Positions 26,611-38,922 of a stretch of 50,638 nt of DNA are shown piece after piece. The stretch's first letter is position 1. Each line of letters begins with the position of its first letter. The position numbers were made by a program, and so were the translations under genes. Source of the stretch: Octopus sinensis (Eukaryota). Below the pieces are notes generated by a model. That model ran no database searches. It was not told where the DNA came from and was given only the letters and a program-made list of their open reading frames with translations. Location of the stretch: the NCBI RefSeq assembly GCF_006345805.1, contig NW_021835089.1:1-50638 (forward strand), in the 5' to 3' direction.

Positions 26611-26668
26611 TTAACAAAAACTGTCCGACGAACGGGAACGTGAAACTCCGAGTAACAGGTTTTGTTGA
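26611..26668 (+). ncRNA. Type-I hammerhead ribozyme (U4C core variant) in a ~140-bp (TA)n-flanked element
   Basis: aacaaaaactgt-CCGACGA-ACG ggaa CGT-GAAA-CTC c GAG-TA-acaggttttgtt: 12-bp helix I with one mismatch, 3-bp helix II, near-palindromic helix III; predicted cleavage after GUA at 26654. Confidence 0.8.
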
Positions 26669-26754
26669 AATTCTGCTACCCCTGGTATTTGAGTACTCCT
26701 TTTTCCACCTTGTTTCACAATTATGTGTTTACTCCGGTATATAATTATATATAC

Positions 26755-27189
26755 ATATAAAAACAGATGAGTGGTACAGAAGGCACCAATATTTACTGGA
26801 AAATAGCAATTGATACAAATACGACGCTATTGTAAAGCTTCACTGTGTATATACTGACAAAGACGTGTGTGTGCAACAAACATTAAAAATTTGTCTTACC
26901 TCTAGGAAGAACATTCGCTAAATGAACAACCTAGAATCGGATAATGCAGGACCGGTTTCTAACTCTTCAAATAAGTTTGACAACGTAAATTTGATCAGTC
27001 TTCATCAACTGCATTTACCTAGACAATATTTCAAATGTTGCCACATCAATGCCAGTATACTCGCCTGAAGTTAACAGAACGAGAACAGTGAAAAAGTTTT
27101 CAATGAAAAATAATATTACAATACAAATGTATTACTTTCCTTTAAAGTATAGCCCCATAAGGGTAGCAGTATAGATATAAAAACAGATG
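26755..27189 (-). mobile_element. Penelope-like pLTR/retrozyme-like unit (~420 bp) bounded by a 15-bp direct repeat
   Basis: atataaaaacagatg at 26755-26769 and 27175-27189; contains the hammerhead 26943-27015; no ORF. Confidence 0.65.
26943..27015 (-). ncRNA. Type-I hammerhead ribozyme (C3U core variant)
   Basis: Minus: aatgcag-TTGATGA-(gact..tcaaat/atttga..agtt helix II)-GAAA-CCGG-TC-ctgcatt; 7-bp helix I, palindromic helix III ACCGGT, GUC triplet, cleavage after 26950. Confidence 0.8.
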
Positions 27190-27564
27190 TGTGTTTGTAT
27201 ATATGTATATATAGGTGAGTGGATAAAAGAAGGCAAGGGTACCCGACACATTTATTGTGTTACATCAATTACTCAAAATAATCTAATTCAGTTTCCGTGC
27301 TACTTCAAGTTTCGAAGCTCCTAACGGGACCTTTCTTGTGAGGCTGGTAAGAATTCAAACTATAATTAACTCAGTTGACAGGCATGGTATTATGCACTTT
27401 TTTTCTTTTTCTGAGAGAAAACTCGCTTCATAGATGTGTTGTGCTTATACAGGAATGGAATTTTCCCAAAGGAAATGTTCATATTTGGTTATAGAACGAG
27501 GAAAGTCAGTATTCCAAACCAAAAATCTGTGCATCAACGCTCTCTCTATCTCCCCCATTCGACA

Positions 27565-28385
27565 CAATCCATAGACATCAAAAACCGCGAAATCCTGACA
27601 TCAACTGGGAACTTCAATAGAAACAGTGATGTTGACAGGCTCTACCTAAGAAGAAATGAAGGTGGTAGAGGCCTGAGATCAGTGCAGACAGCCTTAGGAT
27701 GTCGTATGGTAACACTCAGAGAGCACCTGCTAAACAACAGCAGCAAAGATAAATATATTAATGAGGTCCTGAAAAGTGAAGTGAGCAACATTGTACGAGT
27801 TGGTAGTGAACTCCTCAAGAAACTCTCTCTTCCTCATGATCTATACAGCCCCAAAACAGCTGGGCTCTCTGACATCAGAGAATACCTGGATGGAAAGCAC
27901 TCAGCATACAAAAAAGACCATGCATGGGTAAGTTGCCCGGAAGCTTGAATTGACACGAAGCCCAGCCGCACATGGACACAAGACCACTACATCACATCGC
28001 ACTTTGAAGGCTATGCGTTAACAACCCAGGAACAGGAGATTGCCACAAAGTACCCGGTGAACAAGAGAGAGACAGTGACGCTCTTGTAATCCCAAGGTGC
28101 AACCGCATGTGTAGGTTATGTCATGTTACTGTGGGAGACATTACACAAGTGATTAGCAGGCTGTCCTAAAAGGTACTATCTTCCTATGCGGCACGATGTT
28201 GTTGTTAACACAATTTACAATGCTATCCGCAAAAAAGACTGTCCTGAAATTAACTTAGAAAATCCCTCTGTTATGGAAACATTCATAAACACCAACTCAA
28301 GGAATACTGGTGGACTATCCCCATCAAAACGTCTGTCAAAGGTAAGCATAACTGACCGGATATTGTTGTTTGGGACAGAGGAGTA
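27565..28385 (+). mobile_element. R4/Dong-clade (RLE-type) LINE fragment, frameshifted
   Basis: IDIKNREILTSTGNFNRNSDVDRLYLRRNEGGRGL, QEQEIATKY, CRLC, YLPMRHDVV and a PDIVVWD-like endonuclease motif. Confidence 0.88.
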
Positions 28386-28392
28386 AATGTAT

Positions 28393-28490
28393 ATAAGTCC
28401 TGGGGTTGATTATTTCGACTAAAGTCGACGCTACAGCATGGCCGCAGTCAAACCACTGAAACAAGTAAAAGAATAAATGAATAAAAGAAT
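28393..28490 (+). mobile_element. SINE family C 3' tail
   Basis: ataagtcctggggttgatt..cagcatggccgcagtcaaaccactgaaacaagtaaaagaataa. Confidence 0.82.
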
Positions 28491-28555
28491 ATTATATATT
28501 CACACACACACACACCACACACACACATATATATATATTATATATATATATATAT

Positions 28556-28587
<32 letters not shown>

Positions 28588-29498
28588 ACATATAAAAATA
28601 TATAAATGTATCACATACACAACAGTCACATGAACATTCTTAAATACAACACACACACACACATAGGACCAAACAACTAGAAAAACAATATAATCACTAC
28701 CAGCCTCACCGCCACGAAGAAAAACAACAGCAACAACACGAGCAACAACAATATAATCCGTTTGTCTTCAAAACCCAGCACCACCACCACCACCAACGCC
28801 ACCACTATCAACCACATCCCTGCCAACATCATTCGGTTCATATCTACAAATTCTTCTTCGCCCGCACCCTCCACCACCACCACCACCACCACCCTTTTAA
28901 TTCTTCTTCTTTAACATCTCCATGCCATTCTCTATACTTACATTATAAATCTACAGCAAGGAATTAAAAACTTGGCTAGAGGTAGGGAAAAGAAAGAATT
29001 GCTTTGTATTGTATTGTATTGAATTGTATTGCCATCAGAAGAGAACGCATGAGGCTAGCTTGCATTGGCTTTGGAAAAGGCCTGTACTCCAAATATATAT
29101 ATATATTATATCTATTATATATTATATATATATATATATCTATATATATATATGGATGGATGTATGGATGTAAATATATGTATATATACAAACATATACA
29201 TATATGAAAATAATATATATATATATATATATATATGGGAAAAACACTTAAGCAAACCTTCGTTTGCTAATCCTTTGCTGTTTGTTTCTTATGAAAATGT
29301 GCGGAGAAATAAACCTCATCTATATTCTCTCATGCTTAAACAACCCGCTTGCCAGTATATATGAATTTTATTTATCTACATGTACGTAACCAATTGTTTG
29401 AGAGCATACACATATGTGTGGTGTATGTATGGATGTAACGTGTAGATAAATGAACAACTTGCGAGTGAGAACAATATATGTGTGTGTCTATGTATATA

Positions 29499-29550
<52 letters not shown>

Positions 29551-29766
29551 TATAGTGAAAGGAAGCATAAAGTGATAGACTGAGATGTATGGAGAGTGGT
29601 GAGACGTTTATTTTCTCCATATGAGTATGTCCGTATGTATTTATGCAAGCGTGTATGTAAAAATTTGTATATATTTAGTCGCTTGTTGGCTGGTTTCTTA
29701 GTAAATGAGGAGTGAGCAGAACAAGGCACGATATATACCTGCATTTCTTCATATGTGTACATTGTA

Positions 29767-29927
29767 CAATTATATATATATATGTAAATACACATTTGCC
29801 AGAACGTGTACCTATCTATGAGTCCTATCTTCTTCTTTTCTGTGATTTCCACGTGTATGCGTGTATATGCATATATGTACATATAAATATCTATGTATAA
29901 TATATATATATCACTTATTATAAATAC

Positions 29928-29978
<51 letters not shown>

Positions 29979-30254
29979 GTATGTATGTATGTATATATGT
30001 ATGTATGTATGTATGTATGTGGATATATGCATGTACATATATGTTCGTATGCATACGCACCTAGACAAAAATATGTACATATATACATGTGTGTGTATAC
30101 AGACACACACGTTCTTTGTATGTGTCTGTGGCTGTGTCTACTAGTGTGTATGTGTGTGTGTGTAGGTGTATGTGTGTACGTGTGTATGTGTCTGTGTGAG
30201 TGCATGTGTGTGCGCGTGCATGTTGAGTGCGACTATGTACATAAATGCAAAGGT
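29767..30254 (+). repeat. Donor segment of an inverted duplication (partner 33012-33516)
   Basis: Unique anchors gagtgcgactatgtacataaatgcaaaggt, gcatacgcacctagacaaa and cagaacgtgtacctatctatg recur reverse-complemented at 33012-33516. Confidence 0.92.
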
Positions 30255-30576
30255 AGATAGATAGATATACGAATATGTTTGCACTCATACACAAACACAC
30301 ACACAAATACACACAAACGCACAATCGCAATCGCATAATCCATATACTTGCATAAAGGCCGTTTGTAACAGTCAACTACCTTTTGGAATTCTTAACAATT
30401 ATATTCTTTGAAATTCCAAATATCTTTCATCTTCATTGTAAAGTTTTCAGTTGTTAAAAAAACATTGCTGGTTCACTTTTAAATTTCAGTACAATGTGTA
30501 CGATATATATATATACACATATCCATACACAGACACGCATATCGCATATATATATGTATGTGTGTATATATGTATG

Positions 30577-30646
<70 letters not shown>

Positions 30647-30666
30647 TATAGATAGATAGATAGATT

Positions 30667-30708
<42 letters not shown>

Positions 30709-30779
30709 GAGAGAGAGAGATAGGTAGCTAGATAGATAAATAGATGCGTACATACAAAAATACATACATATATGTATAT

Positions 30780-30820
<41 letters not shown>

Positions 30821-30836
30821 TGTATATACATATATG

Positions 30837-30887
<51 letters not shown>

Positions 30888-31341
30888 GGAGAGAGAGATA
30901 CACATGCATATGTGCATATATGTGGTATACATACGAATGGCAGAATCTATACAATATACATGATTTTGTATTGAAAACATATGTATAAATATTTCGCTAT
31001 CTCTGTTTTTATCCTGACTTCTTCAAGTTTTGTACTATACAACTATTTGTTATGGTTTTATTGTTGCATTCTTGTTGTTAGTGTCGTTGATTATACTAAT
31101 CTTGCTTTTTCTTGTTGCTGTTCTTATTGTTGTGCTAATCATGTTTTTTTTCTTCTTTTTCTCGTTTCTTTTCCTTCTTTGATTTCTTACTGTATTTTTG
31201 ATTTTGTTCCGTGTCTCCCTATTGATATATAATAATACCCTCTATTGATCCTGTTTCTGTGCACGCTTCGTGCTAAGCAGTTTTTCGGCATGTACATCCA
31301 TGAGTAGATATATATGTATGTGTATGTATATATATATGATA

Positions 31342-31393
<52 letters not shown>

Positions 31394-31588
31394 ATATAAT
31401 ATATATATATATATATGTATTATGTGTGTGTGTGTATGTGTGTATATATATACATATATATATATCGATATAGATATTTGTTGTTCTTTTTGTGTTGTGG
31501 TAGTTATTGCTGGTGTTGTAGTTTTTGTTGTTGCTACTGTTGGCATTGCGGTTGATGTTGCTATATTTGTCGTGTGTGCTGTAGTTGT

Positions 31589-31663
31589 TTCTTCTTCTTC
31601 TTCTTCTTCTTCTTCTTCTTCTTCTTCTTCTTCTTCTTCTTCTTCTTCTTCTTCTTCTTCTTC
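31589..31663. repeat. Perfect (TTC)25 trinucleotide repeat
   Basis: Direct inspection. Confidence 0.97.
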
Positions 31664-32035
31664 TCCTCCCTCTCATTCTCCTTCTTCTTCTTCTTTTTCT
31701 GCTTTTTCATCATGTCTTTCTCTTTACCTTTGAACTTTTCAGCTGTCCTGAAAAAGGAAATTGATAACTGAGATCAGATCGGAAACTTGTATCTTCCATT
31801 GCTAAGAGATTAATAATAGCAAAAATGGTTTAAAAAGCTACTTTCCACTGATGAATTCTCATGTCGTGTTCGGTCCCACTACGTGGCACCTTGAATTGGT
31901 TTATTCAACCATATACAAAGAATAAAATTCAGTGGGGAAAGCATGTCTGTTATCCTGTCGTGCGCCTGTATTTCAAAGAGCCGGCCTTGTCATACAGTGT
32001 GGCGAGTTAAGTTTATCTCAAGATTTTTTTTTAAC

Positions 32036-32286
32036 AAATGCGCCCTTTTAAAGCCTAGCCAGGCTCATGGGCCCGGTTTCCTGGTTTCTATGGCGTATGT
32101 GTTCCCCCCAGCTGGACGGGACGCCAGTCCATCGCAGCGTTACTCATTGTTTCCAGCTGAGTGAACTGGAGCAACGTGAAATGAAGTGTTTTGCTCAAAA
32201 ATACAACGCGTCGCCCGGTCCAGGAATCGAAACCACAATCATACGATCATGATGCTGACACCCTAACCACTACGCCACGCGCCTCT
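32036..32286 (-). mobile_element. tRNA-derived SINE family A
   Basis: Minus head AGAGGCGCGTGGCGTAGTGGTTAGGG..GGTTTCGATTCC; homologous to 1228-1520. Confidence 0.9.
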
Positions 32287-32999
32287 ACTTATCTCAAGAT
32301 TATATCAACGATATTCGTGAATGCAGAACATTCAGTAACTCACTCTAATATTCAATGAATAAATAAATCCATTGATCGAACATCTGAAATAATGATCACC
32401 AAAGTCGATACGAGATCGATTTATGTTGCCTTAAATAGGAATCTCCGGCAGAATATCACTCATTGGGCATAAAATCAGTATTTTACGGAGAAAGTTCAAA
32501 CGGCGGTATATCTATGTTTCTTTATATTTTGGGCTTCATTTTCTGGATCGATAAAATAACATGATGTAATACATAATGATCGATTAAATAGATTACATGT
32601 AATCTTTATGAAGGTTTGGCCTCGTGTCAATCCAACGAATCAATAATATTTTTTTCTTAAGAATGGCACTGGAGAATGGAATACAATGATGTATAAGATT
32701 TGAATTTCTACAATGCAAGTTCAAACTTAACTCAGTTTGACTTTGCCTCTTATTATTTTCTTTCCTCCCTTCAGCATAAGGTGCTTGTAGCCCTTTTGGT
32801 GGCTTTCTCGGCAACTCCGATTTTCCTGGTAAAATACCAAGATGTTTTCCGATCAGCTTACTTCACCATGTAAGGTATACACAGTTCTGAGGTAATGTAA
32901 GAGAGATAAAGATTAAATAACTCCGGACGAGAAAAAGTTTTGATACGAATAAAATGGAAAACTAAGTTCAACTAATTCAAATGAAAATAACTTGTAGAG

Positions 33000-33209
33000 C
33001 AGGGTTTCTCAACCTTTGCATTTATGTACATAGTCGCACTCAATATGCACGCGCTCACACATGCACTCACACAGACACATACAAAGAACGCGTGTGTCTG
33101 TATGCACACACATGTATATATGTAAATATCTTTGTCTAGGTGCGTATGCATACGAACATATATGTACATGCATATATCCATATGCATACATATGTATATG
33201 TACATATAC

Positions 33210-33240
<31 letters not shown>

Positions 33241-33348
33241 ATATATATATTATATGTATGTATATAAAATATGTGTATATATATATATATATTATATATA
33301 ATATATATATGTAGTATTTATAAATATATGTATTTATATATATATATA

Positions 33349-33414
<66 letters not shown>

Positions 33415-33820
33415 TATATGCATATACACGCATACACGTGGAAATCGCAGAAAAGAAGATAGGACACATAGATAGGTACACGTTCTGACAAATGTGTATT
33501 TACTTATATATAATTGGCCCATTTGTTTACTGTTTCATTCTGGTGGATCCCCATGAAAAAACTTTTTTCAGGCGGACTCCCATAGAAACATTTTGAAAAT
33601 TTCAATTTTATTTTTCTCACGTTAACTTGTGCAGGTTTAACTATGTAAAATGTCAGAGAAAGAAACCTACCTGATTCTTGCATTACATATATCAAAAGCA
33701 AATTTTTTTCAGGGGCCCTTAAAATACTATTGTGGATCCCAAATGTATTTTGTTTCGTGGACCTCCAAGAAATATTACATGGACCCTTAGTGGTCATATG
33801 AACTCTGCGAATGATGGCTG
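33000..33820. mobile_element. hAT-type MITE interrupted by an inverted templated insertion (33012-33516)
   Basis: Starts CAGGGTTTCTCAACC (hAT/Charlie-like TIR); repeated ggatccc/ggacc subterminal motifs at 33540-33800; decayed right end. Confidence 0.6.
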
Positions 33821-33857
33821 TAGAGTTTCTACATTAGAATTATTTAGCCAAATTCTA

Positions 33858-33983
33858 TTAACAGTTTAAACATGAATCACTGGAAGAAATCATATCATCT
33901 TCCTTCACTTCACCCTTTTCTGCCCTCTTTTTCCCCGATTTTGTTTCTGACGACTTAGTCTGAGTTGTAGGTTCTTTTCTGGT
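33858..33983 (-). CDS. Candidate exon (low confidence)
   Basis: Acceptor tttccttccatttttag; phase-0 frame TRKEPTTQTKSSETKSGKKRAEKGEVKEDDMISSSDSCLNC*. Confidence 0.2.
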   Translation of the reverse strand, partial: TRKEPTTQTKSSETKSGKKRAEKGEVKEDDMISSSDSCLNC

Positions 33984-34615
33984 CTAAAAATGGAAGGAAA
34001 TTCTTCAGCTTAAATATTACAATAACTTACTCTACACCAGTCTCTAAACCAGTCTCTAACATTGCATTATCATAAACACACACACATACATACACACATA
34101 CACACATACATACACACAACATACACACATATATACATGCATACATGCATACATACATATATACACACATGTATATGTGTATATAAAAGAATTTTAGTAC
34201 GAGAAGGAACGAACGGATTTTATTACAAATCACAACGATTGTTTCCCTACATCAGTACCAGATTGTAGTTGCAGAATATTATATATATATATATATTATG
34301 TACATTATTGCATTAATATTATCCAACACTAGCTGGATACATGCACTCTTCCTTGAGCAGAACCCAAACCACTGCTAAATCATCTTTGGTTTCTCTTTTC
34401 ACCATCATGTTATTTTTAGCATTCCATTGACAAAGAACTACAGGGGAATACAGAGAGTTAGAAAGGAGAGAGATAATATACATATTGTTCGAATAATACC
34501 AATGCAAAGCTGTTTTAACAAACGAGCGTTTATTGTCGGTCTGACTCAATAATATTGGAGGCATCAAATTTGCCGTGAAGGAACAAGTGTACATGATATT
34601 CACAGTATATATATA

Positions 34616-34655
<40 letters not shown>

Positions 34656-34685
34656 TATTATAATATACATATATATATATATATA

Positions 34686-34905
34686 ATTCTTGCCATTATC
34701 GCGGTTCAACTATCGTGGTTCTCCACGGTCTAGTATTTAAGCCTACGTCCATGGTGTTATTTTACATATATAATAAAAAATAAATATATACAAGTTATAA
34801 AAATAATGAAGAAAAATATACAGTACAGTACTGTTTCTACTTCGCAGACTAACACATATTGCGGGGCGTTTGGGAACGCTTCACCCGCGATAGTCGAGGA
34901 ATCTG

Positions 34906-34906
<1 letters not shown>
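34686..34906. mobile_element. Tigger/pogo-like MITE remnant in (TA)n
   Basis: Ends attcttgccattatcgcggttcaactatcg ... acccgcgatagtcgaggaat are imperfect inverted repeats; internal tacagtacagta. Confidence 0.55.
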
Positions 34907-34952
<46 letters not shown>

Positions 34953-35221
34953 TATACGCATACACATATACATATGCGCATGCGCGTATGCTCACAGACA
35001 CACACAGATGCACACATACACACGTATATGTTAATAGATAAGTCTACGTACATATATGTCATACAAACCTTAACTTCGATGTCACTTTCAAATTTTTCGC
35101 TATATATACCTCTCTGTCTATCTATCTACTATATGTATACATACATATATATATATATACTTATATATATATATACTATATATAGTTATATATACATATA
35201 TATAATCTATATATAAATATA

Positions 35222-35256
<35 letters not shown>

Positions 35257-35263
35257 CATGTAT

Positions 35264-35317
<54 letters not shown>

Positions 35318-35334
35318 TATATATACATATTAAT

Positions 35335-35391
<57 letters not shown>

Positions 35392-36169
35392 CATATCCAT
35401 ATATATGAACATACATATAGTATATATTCGCACGCACACACATATGCATCCAGAAACCTACACACATATATACACTGCTACGTACTTAATCGGAGCTTTT
35501 GAACAGCTTTAATGCTACGTTGAAACAGAGAATAGGAAAGTGGTTGAAAAATGACAAACACAAAAATATGAAAAATAAATATGAATAAAAGTTTGTTTGT
35601 TTTTTTTTAAATTGAAAAGAAGACAAAACTGAATAAATTCTGGGTGAACTCAACGGCATATATAATGCTTTCATTATGAAATAGATAGAAAACAGTTTCA
35701 GGTAGGCTGTGTAAACTTCGTTGTATTCCTTTCACAAACCGGATTAGTTCTACATAACAAATATATAGAGAGATAAAACAAATTTTATAAATAAAATATT
35801 TATGCATACAGTTATATAAGCACACACGCACACACAAACACATACCCACACATACGTACGTATATGTATGTGCATATAAATAAATATATAGAGAGAGATG
35901 TGTGTGTGTGTAAGTTAATGGAAAAATTTAATAAATTTAACATCACTTTGAAAGCAACAATACGAACAATGATGACGAATGTGACTGCGTCTGTTACTTT
36001 TTAGAATGTACAATTTATGCATCGTTTGCCTGGTCAAATGTCCATTCGTCATGACGACCACGACGTCACGACTGTAAAAACCATCCCATCACTAGCAGCT
36101 TGTATAACCCGGATGAAGACAACAAAAAAAGCCATATTCGCCAACTTCAATGACAACAACAATTATTCT

Positions 36170-36735
36170 GCTATAGGCACAAGGCCAGAAATTTGTGTGG
36201 AGGGGACTAGTCGATTACATCGATGCCAGTGCTTGACTGGTATTAATTTTAGTGACCCCTAAATGATGAGAGGCAAATTCGAACTCAGAACGTAGCGACG
36301 AGTGAAATACCGCTATGCATTTCGCCCAACGCCCTAAAGATTCTACCAGCTCGCCGCTTTAACAACAACAATAATGATTCTCTCCATTATAGACACAAGG
36401 GCTGACATAACTGGTACTATTTTATCGACCCGTAAATGATGAAAGGCAAAGTCGACCTCTGTGGAATTTGAACTCAGAACGTAGGGTGAAATACCTATTT
36501 CTATTTCTTTATTACCCACAAGGGGATAAACACAGAGAGGACAAATAAGGACAGACAAACGGATTAAGTTGATTATATCGACGCCAGTGCGTAACTGGTA
36601 CTTATTTAATCGACCCCGAAAGGATGAAAGGCAAAGTCCACCTCGGCGGAATTTGAACTCTGAACGTAGCGGCAGACGAAATACTACTAAGCATTTCATC
36701 CGGCGTGCTAACGATTCTGCCAGCTCGCCGGCTTA
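36170..36735 (-). mobile_element. Tandem cluster of about three SINE-B copies
   Basis: Repeated tcgacc..gatgaaaggcaaagtc..gaatttgaactcagaacgta..ccagctcgccg units separated by (AAC)n. Confidence 0.88.
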
Positions 36736-37373
36736 ACATCAACAATAATAATAATAGCGATGGACTAAGATAGCTTCTACGGTGACAATTGTTCTTTTAT
36801 AAAAGGGCAAATAACAGATTTATTGAATCGTTATCTACAAAGTTCTATGAATGCTATACGGTGCTCATTTGCCACTCCATCTTATTCTTTTCTTGTCTTT
36901 TTTTTTAAAGGTGATACAAGAAATTATTAAAACTATAATTAACACTAACACACACACACACACACACACACACAAGCACACACGCACACACATGCACGCA
37001 CATACACACACAAATTCCATACGAACACATATACAGAAGCAACGATTACGAAGGAGCAAAGATATGTTTGATATGATACCAAGTAATATTGTATTATTCA
37101 TTATCCGGAGATGGGCCACCGAGTGAACATACCAGTGGCCGCGTCGAATACGTAGAAATAGCAGCCAAATCTCCTTGAAGTTCCATTGTGCAGTGTCTTG
37201 GTAAAAAAAAAAATAGAGGCAGAAAATGGTGGATGAGTGAGGTCCATGACATATTGGATTAGAAAATGAAAAGAATATCTTGTTTTGTAAAGCAAAGAAA
37301 CGAATGTAACCATTGGAGATTCTGTGTATCATAGCGTAGGTCTTTTGGATCAGAGATGGACTTTGATTAAGCG

Positions 37374-38060
37374 ACGAGGAGGAGGAGGAGATTAAGAAAA
37401 TAAAAAAATGTAGCAGAGGAGAATGAGGAATAAGTGACTGAAGAGAAGATTATGGAGCAGGTGAAGGAAGAGGAGGAGGGGGAGGAGAAGAAGAAGTGGA
37501 AGAAGAAGAAGTGGAAGAAGAAGAAGAAGAAGAAGAAGAAGAAGGGAAAAAGAAAAAGAAAGTGGCGGAAGGGGGAGGAAGGGAGGAGGGAAGGAAGAGG
37601 AGGAAGGGGAGGAGGAAGAGGAGGGGGAAGAGGAGGGGGAAGAGGAGGAGGAAGAGGAGGAGGAAGAGGAGGAGGAAGAGGAGGAGGGAGGGAGGGAGGA
37701 GGAAGGGGAGGAGGAAGAGGAGGGGATGAATCGAAGGAGGAATAGGAGGAGGAATAGGAGGGGAGGAGGAGGAAGAGGAGTGGAGGAAGGGGAAAAGAGG
37801 AGGAGGAGGAGGAAGAGGGAAAAAGTAGCGAAGTAGTAAGAGATGGAGGAGGAGGAGAATATAGAGGCGTATTTCACTGAGGAATAGAGAACGGAGGAGG
37901 AAGAGGAATTTTAGGATGAGGAAAAGAAGACAGAGAAAGAGGTATCGTGGAGGCAGAAGGTGAGGGTGAGGAGAAGGTGGAGAAAGGAGAAGAGAAAATG
38001 ATGTAAAAGAAGAAAAGAAGGAAGATAAGAAAAACAAAAAGAAAAACGAGAGGTTGGAGG
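37374..38060 (+). repeat. ~690-bp polypurine (GAA/GGA) low-complexity tract
   Basis: Nearly pure A/G on the + strand, with a 12-bp GGAGGAGGAAGA periodicity at 37600-37725. Confidence 0.95.
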
Positions 38061-38156
38061 TGGATTAGAAGAAAATCAGGAGAAAAATAACAAGGAAAGA
38101 AGTTTAAGAGTTGTTCTGGAAAGCGTTTTCCTGCCACTAATATTAATGTTGAATGG

Positions 38157-38295
38157 AAGGCGGCGATCTGGCAGAATCGTTAAAACACCGGGTAAAATAC
38201 TAGCCGCTATTTCGGCTATCGCTACGTTCTGAGTTCAAATTCTGTCAAGGTCGACTTTGCCTTTTATCCTATTGGGGTCGATTAAATGAGTATCA
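38157..38295 (+). mobile_element. SINE family B
   Basis: aaggcggcgatctggcagaatcgtt..ctacgttctgagttcaaattctgtcaaggtcgactttgcctttt. Confidence 0.85.
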
Positions 38296-38729
38296 TTTAC
38301 GAAAGATTTGAGGATTTGGTTTGATAATGGTTTGGACAGTGTCTACTTTTCTAAGCCTGGGTCTAGTCTGATAAAATACTTATGTACACTTTTCTCCGAT
38401 TTAAGACCATTTGTTCTTTGTGATGTTGCCTCATATGGCCGCAATCCAGTATCTGAAAAAAAGTAAGAAATAAAGCGTACAAAAGATTACAGACAAACAC
38501 CACCACACACATAAATGATGAATAACTGTTACTTCGAAGTATCCGTCCTTCAGCATTTGTCGGAAGGATAACAGGCCGAACCCTGGTACTCACTCTCAGC
38601 CGTCTTCTTGTAAAATTTTGAAATGACAAAATCTCATTGAGTAATTCTTTTATTTAATGTTAAATTATTTTCATATCTTTGCATAAAACCATTATTAATA
38701 CATATTTATACATAGATGTGCATGCACAC

Positions 38730-38811
<82 letters not shown>

Positions 38812-38922
38812 CTCATGGTGCCATATGAACATTTAACGTGGTTTTATAGTCAGAGTTTCGACTGCTATTTCGGCATGTTGGTGTCTTTTAGACACCCTCA
38901 TTTTTAATTATATATATATATA

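Noticed and set aside
26900-27064. Apparent pair of small minus-strand exons with GTAAAT/GTAAGA donors
   Set aside because: Phases are incompatible without stops, and the supposed intron is the hammerhead of a pLTR-like unit.
27285-27360. Minus-strand GAAACTTGAAGTA half-hammerhead
   Set aside because: Helix III and triplet are plausible but the CUGANGA half is missing and helix I is weak.
36170-36735. CRISPR-like repeat-spacer pattern
   Set aside because: Repeats are long, irregular SINE copies in a eukaryotic context, with no cas genes.
37392-38037. RGG/GRGG-, poly-E/K- and poly-S-rich ORFs
   Set aside because: Products of a polypurine low-complexity tract; no splice or homology support.
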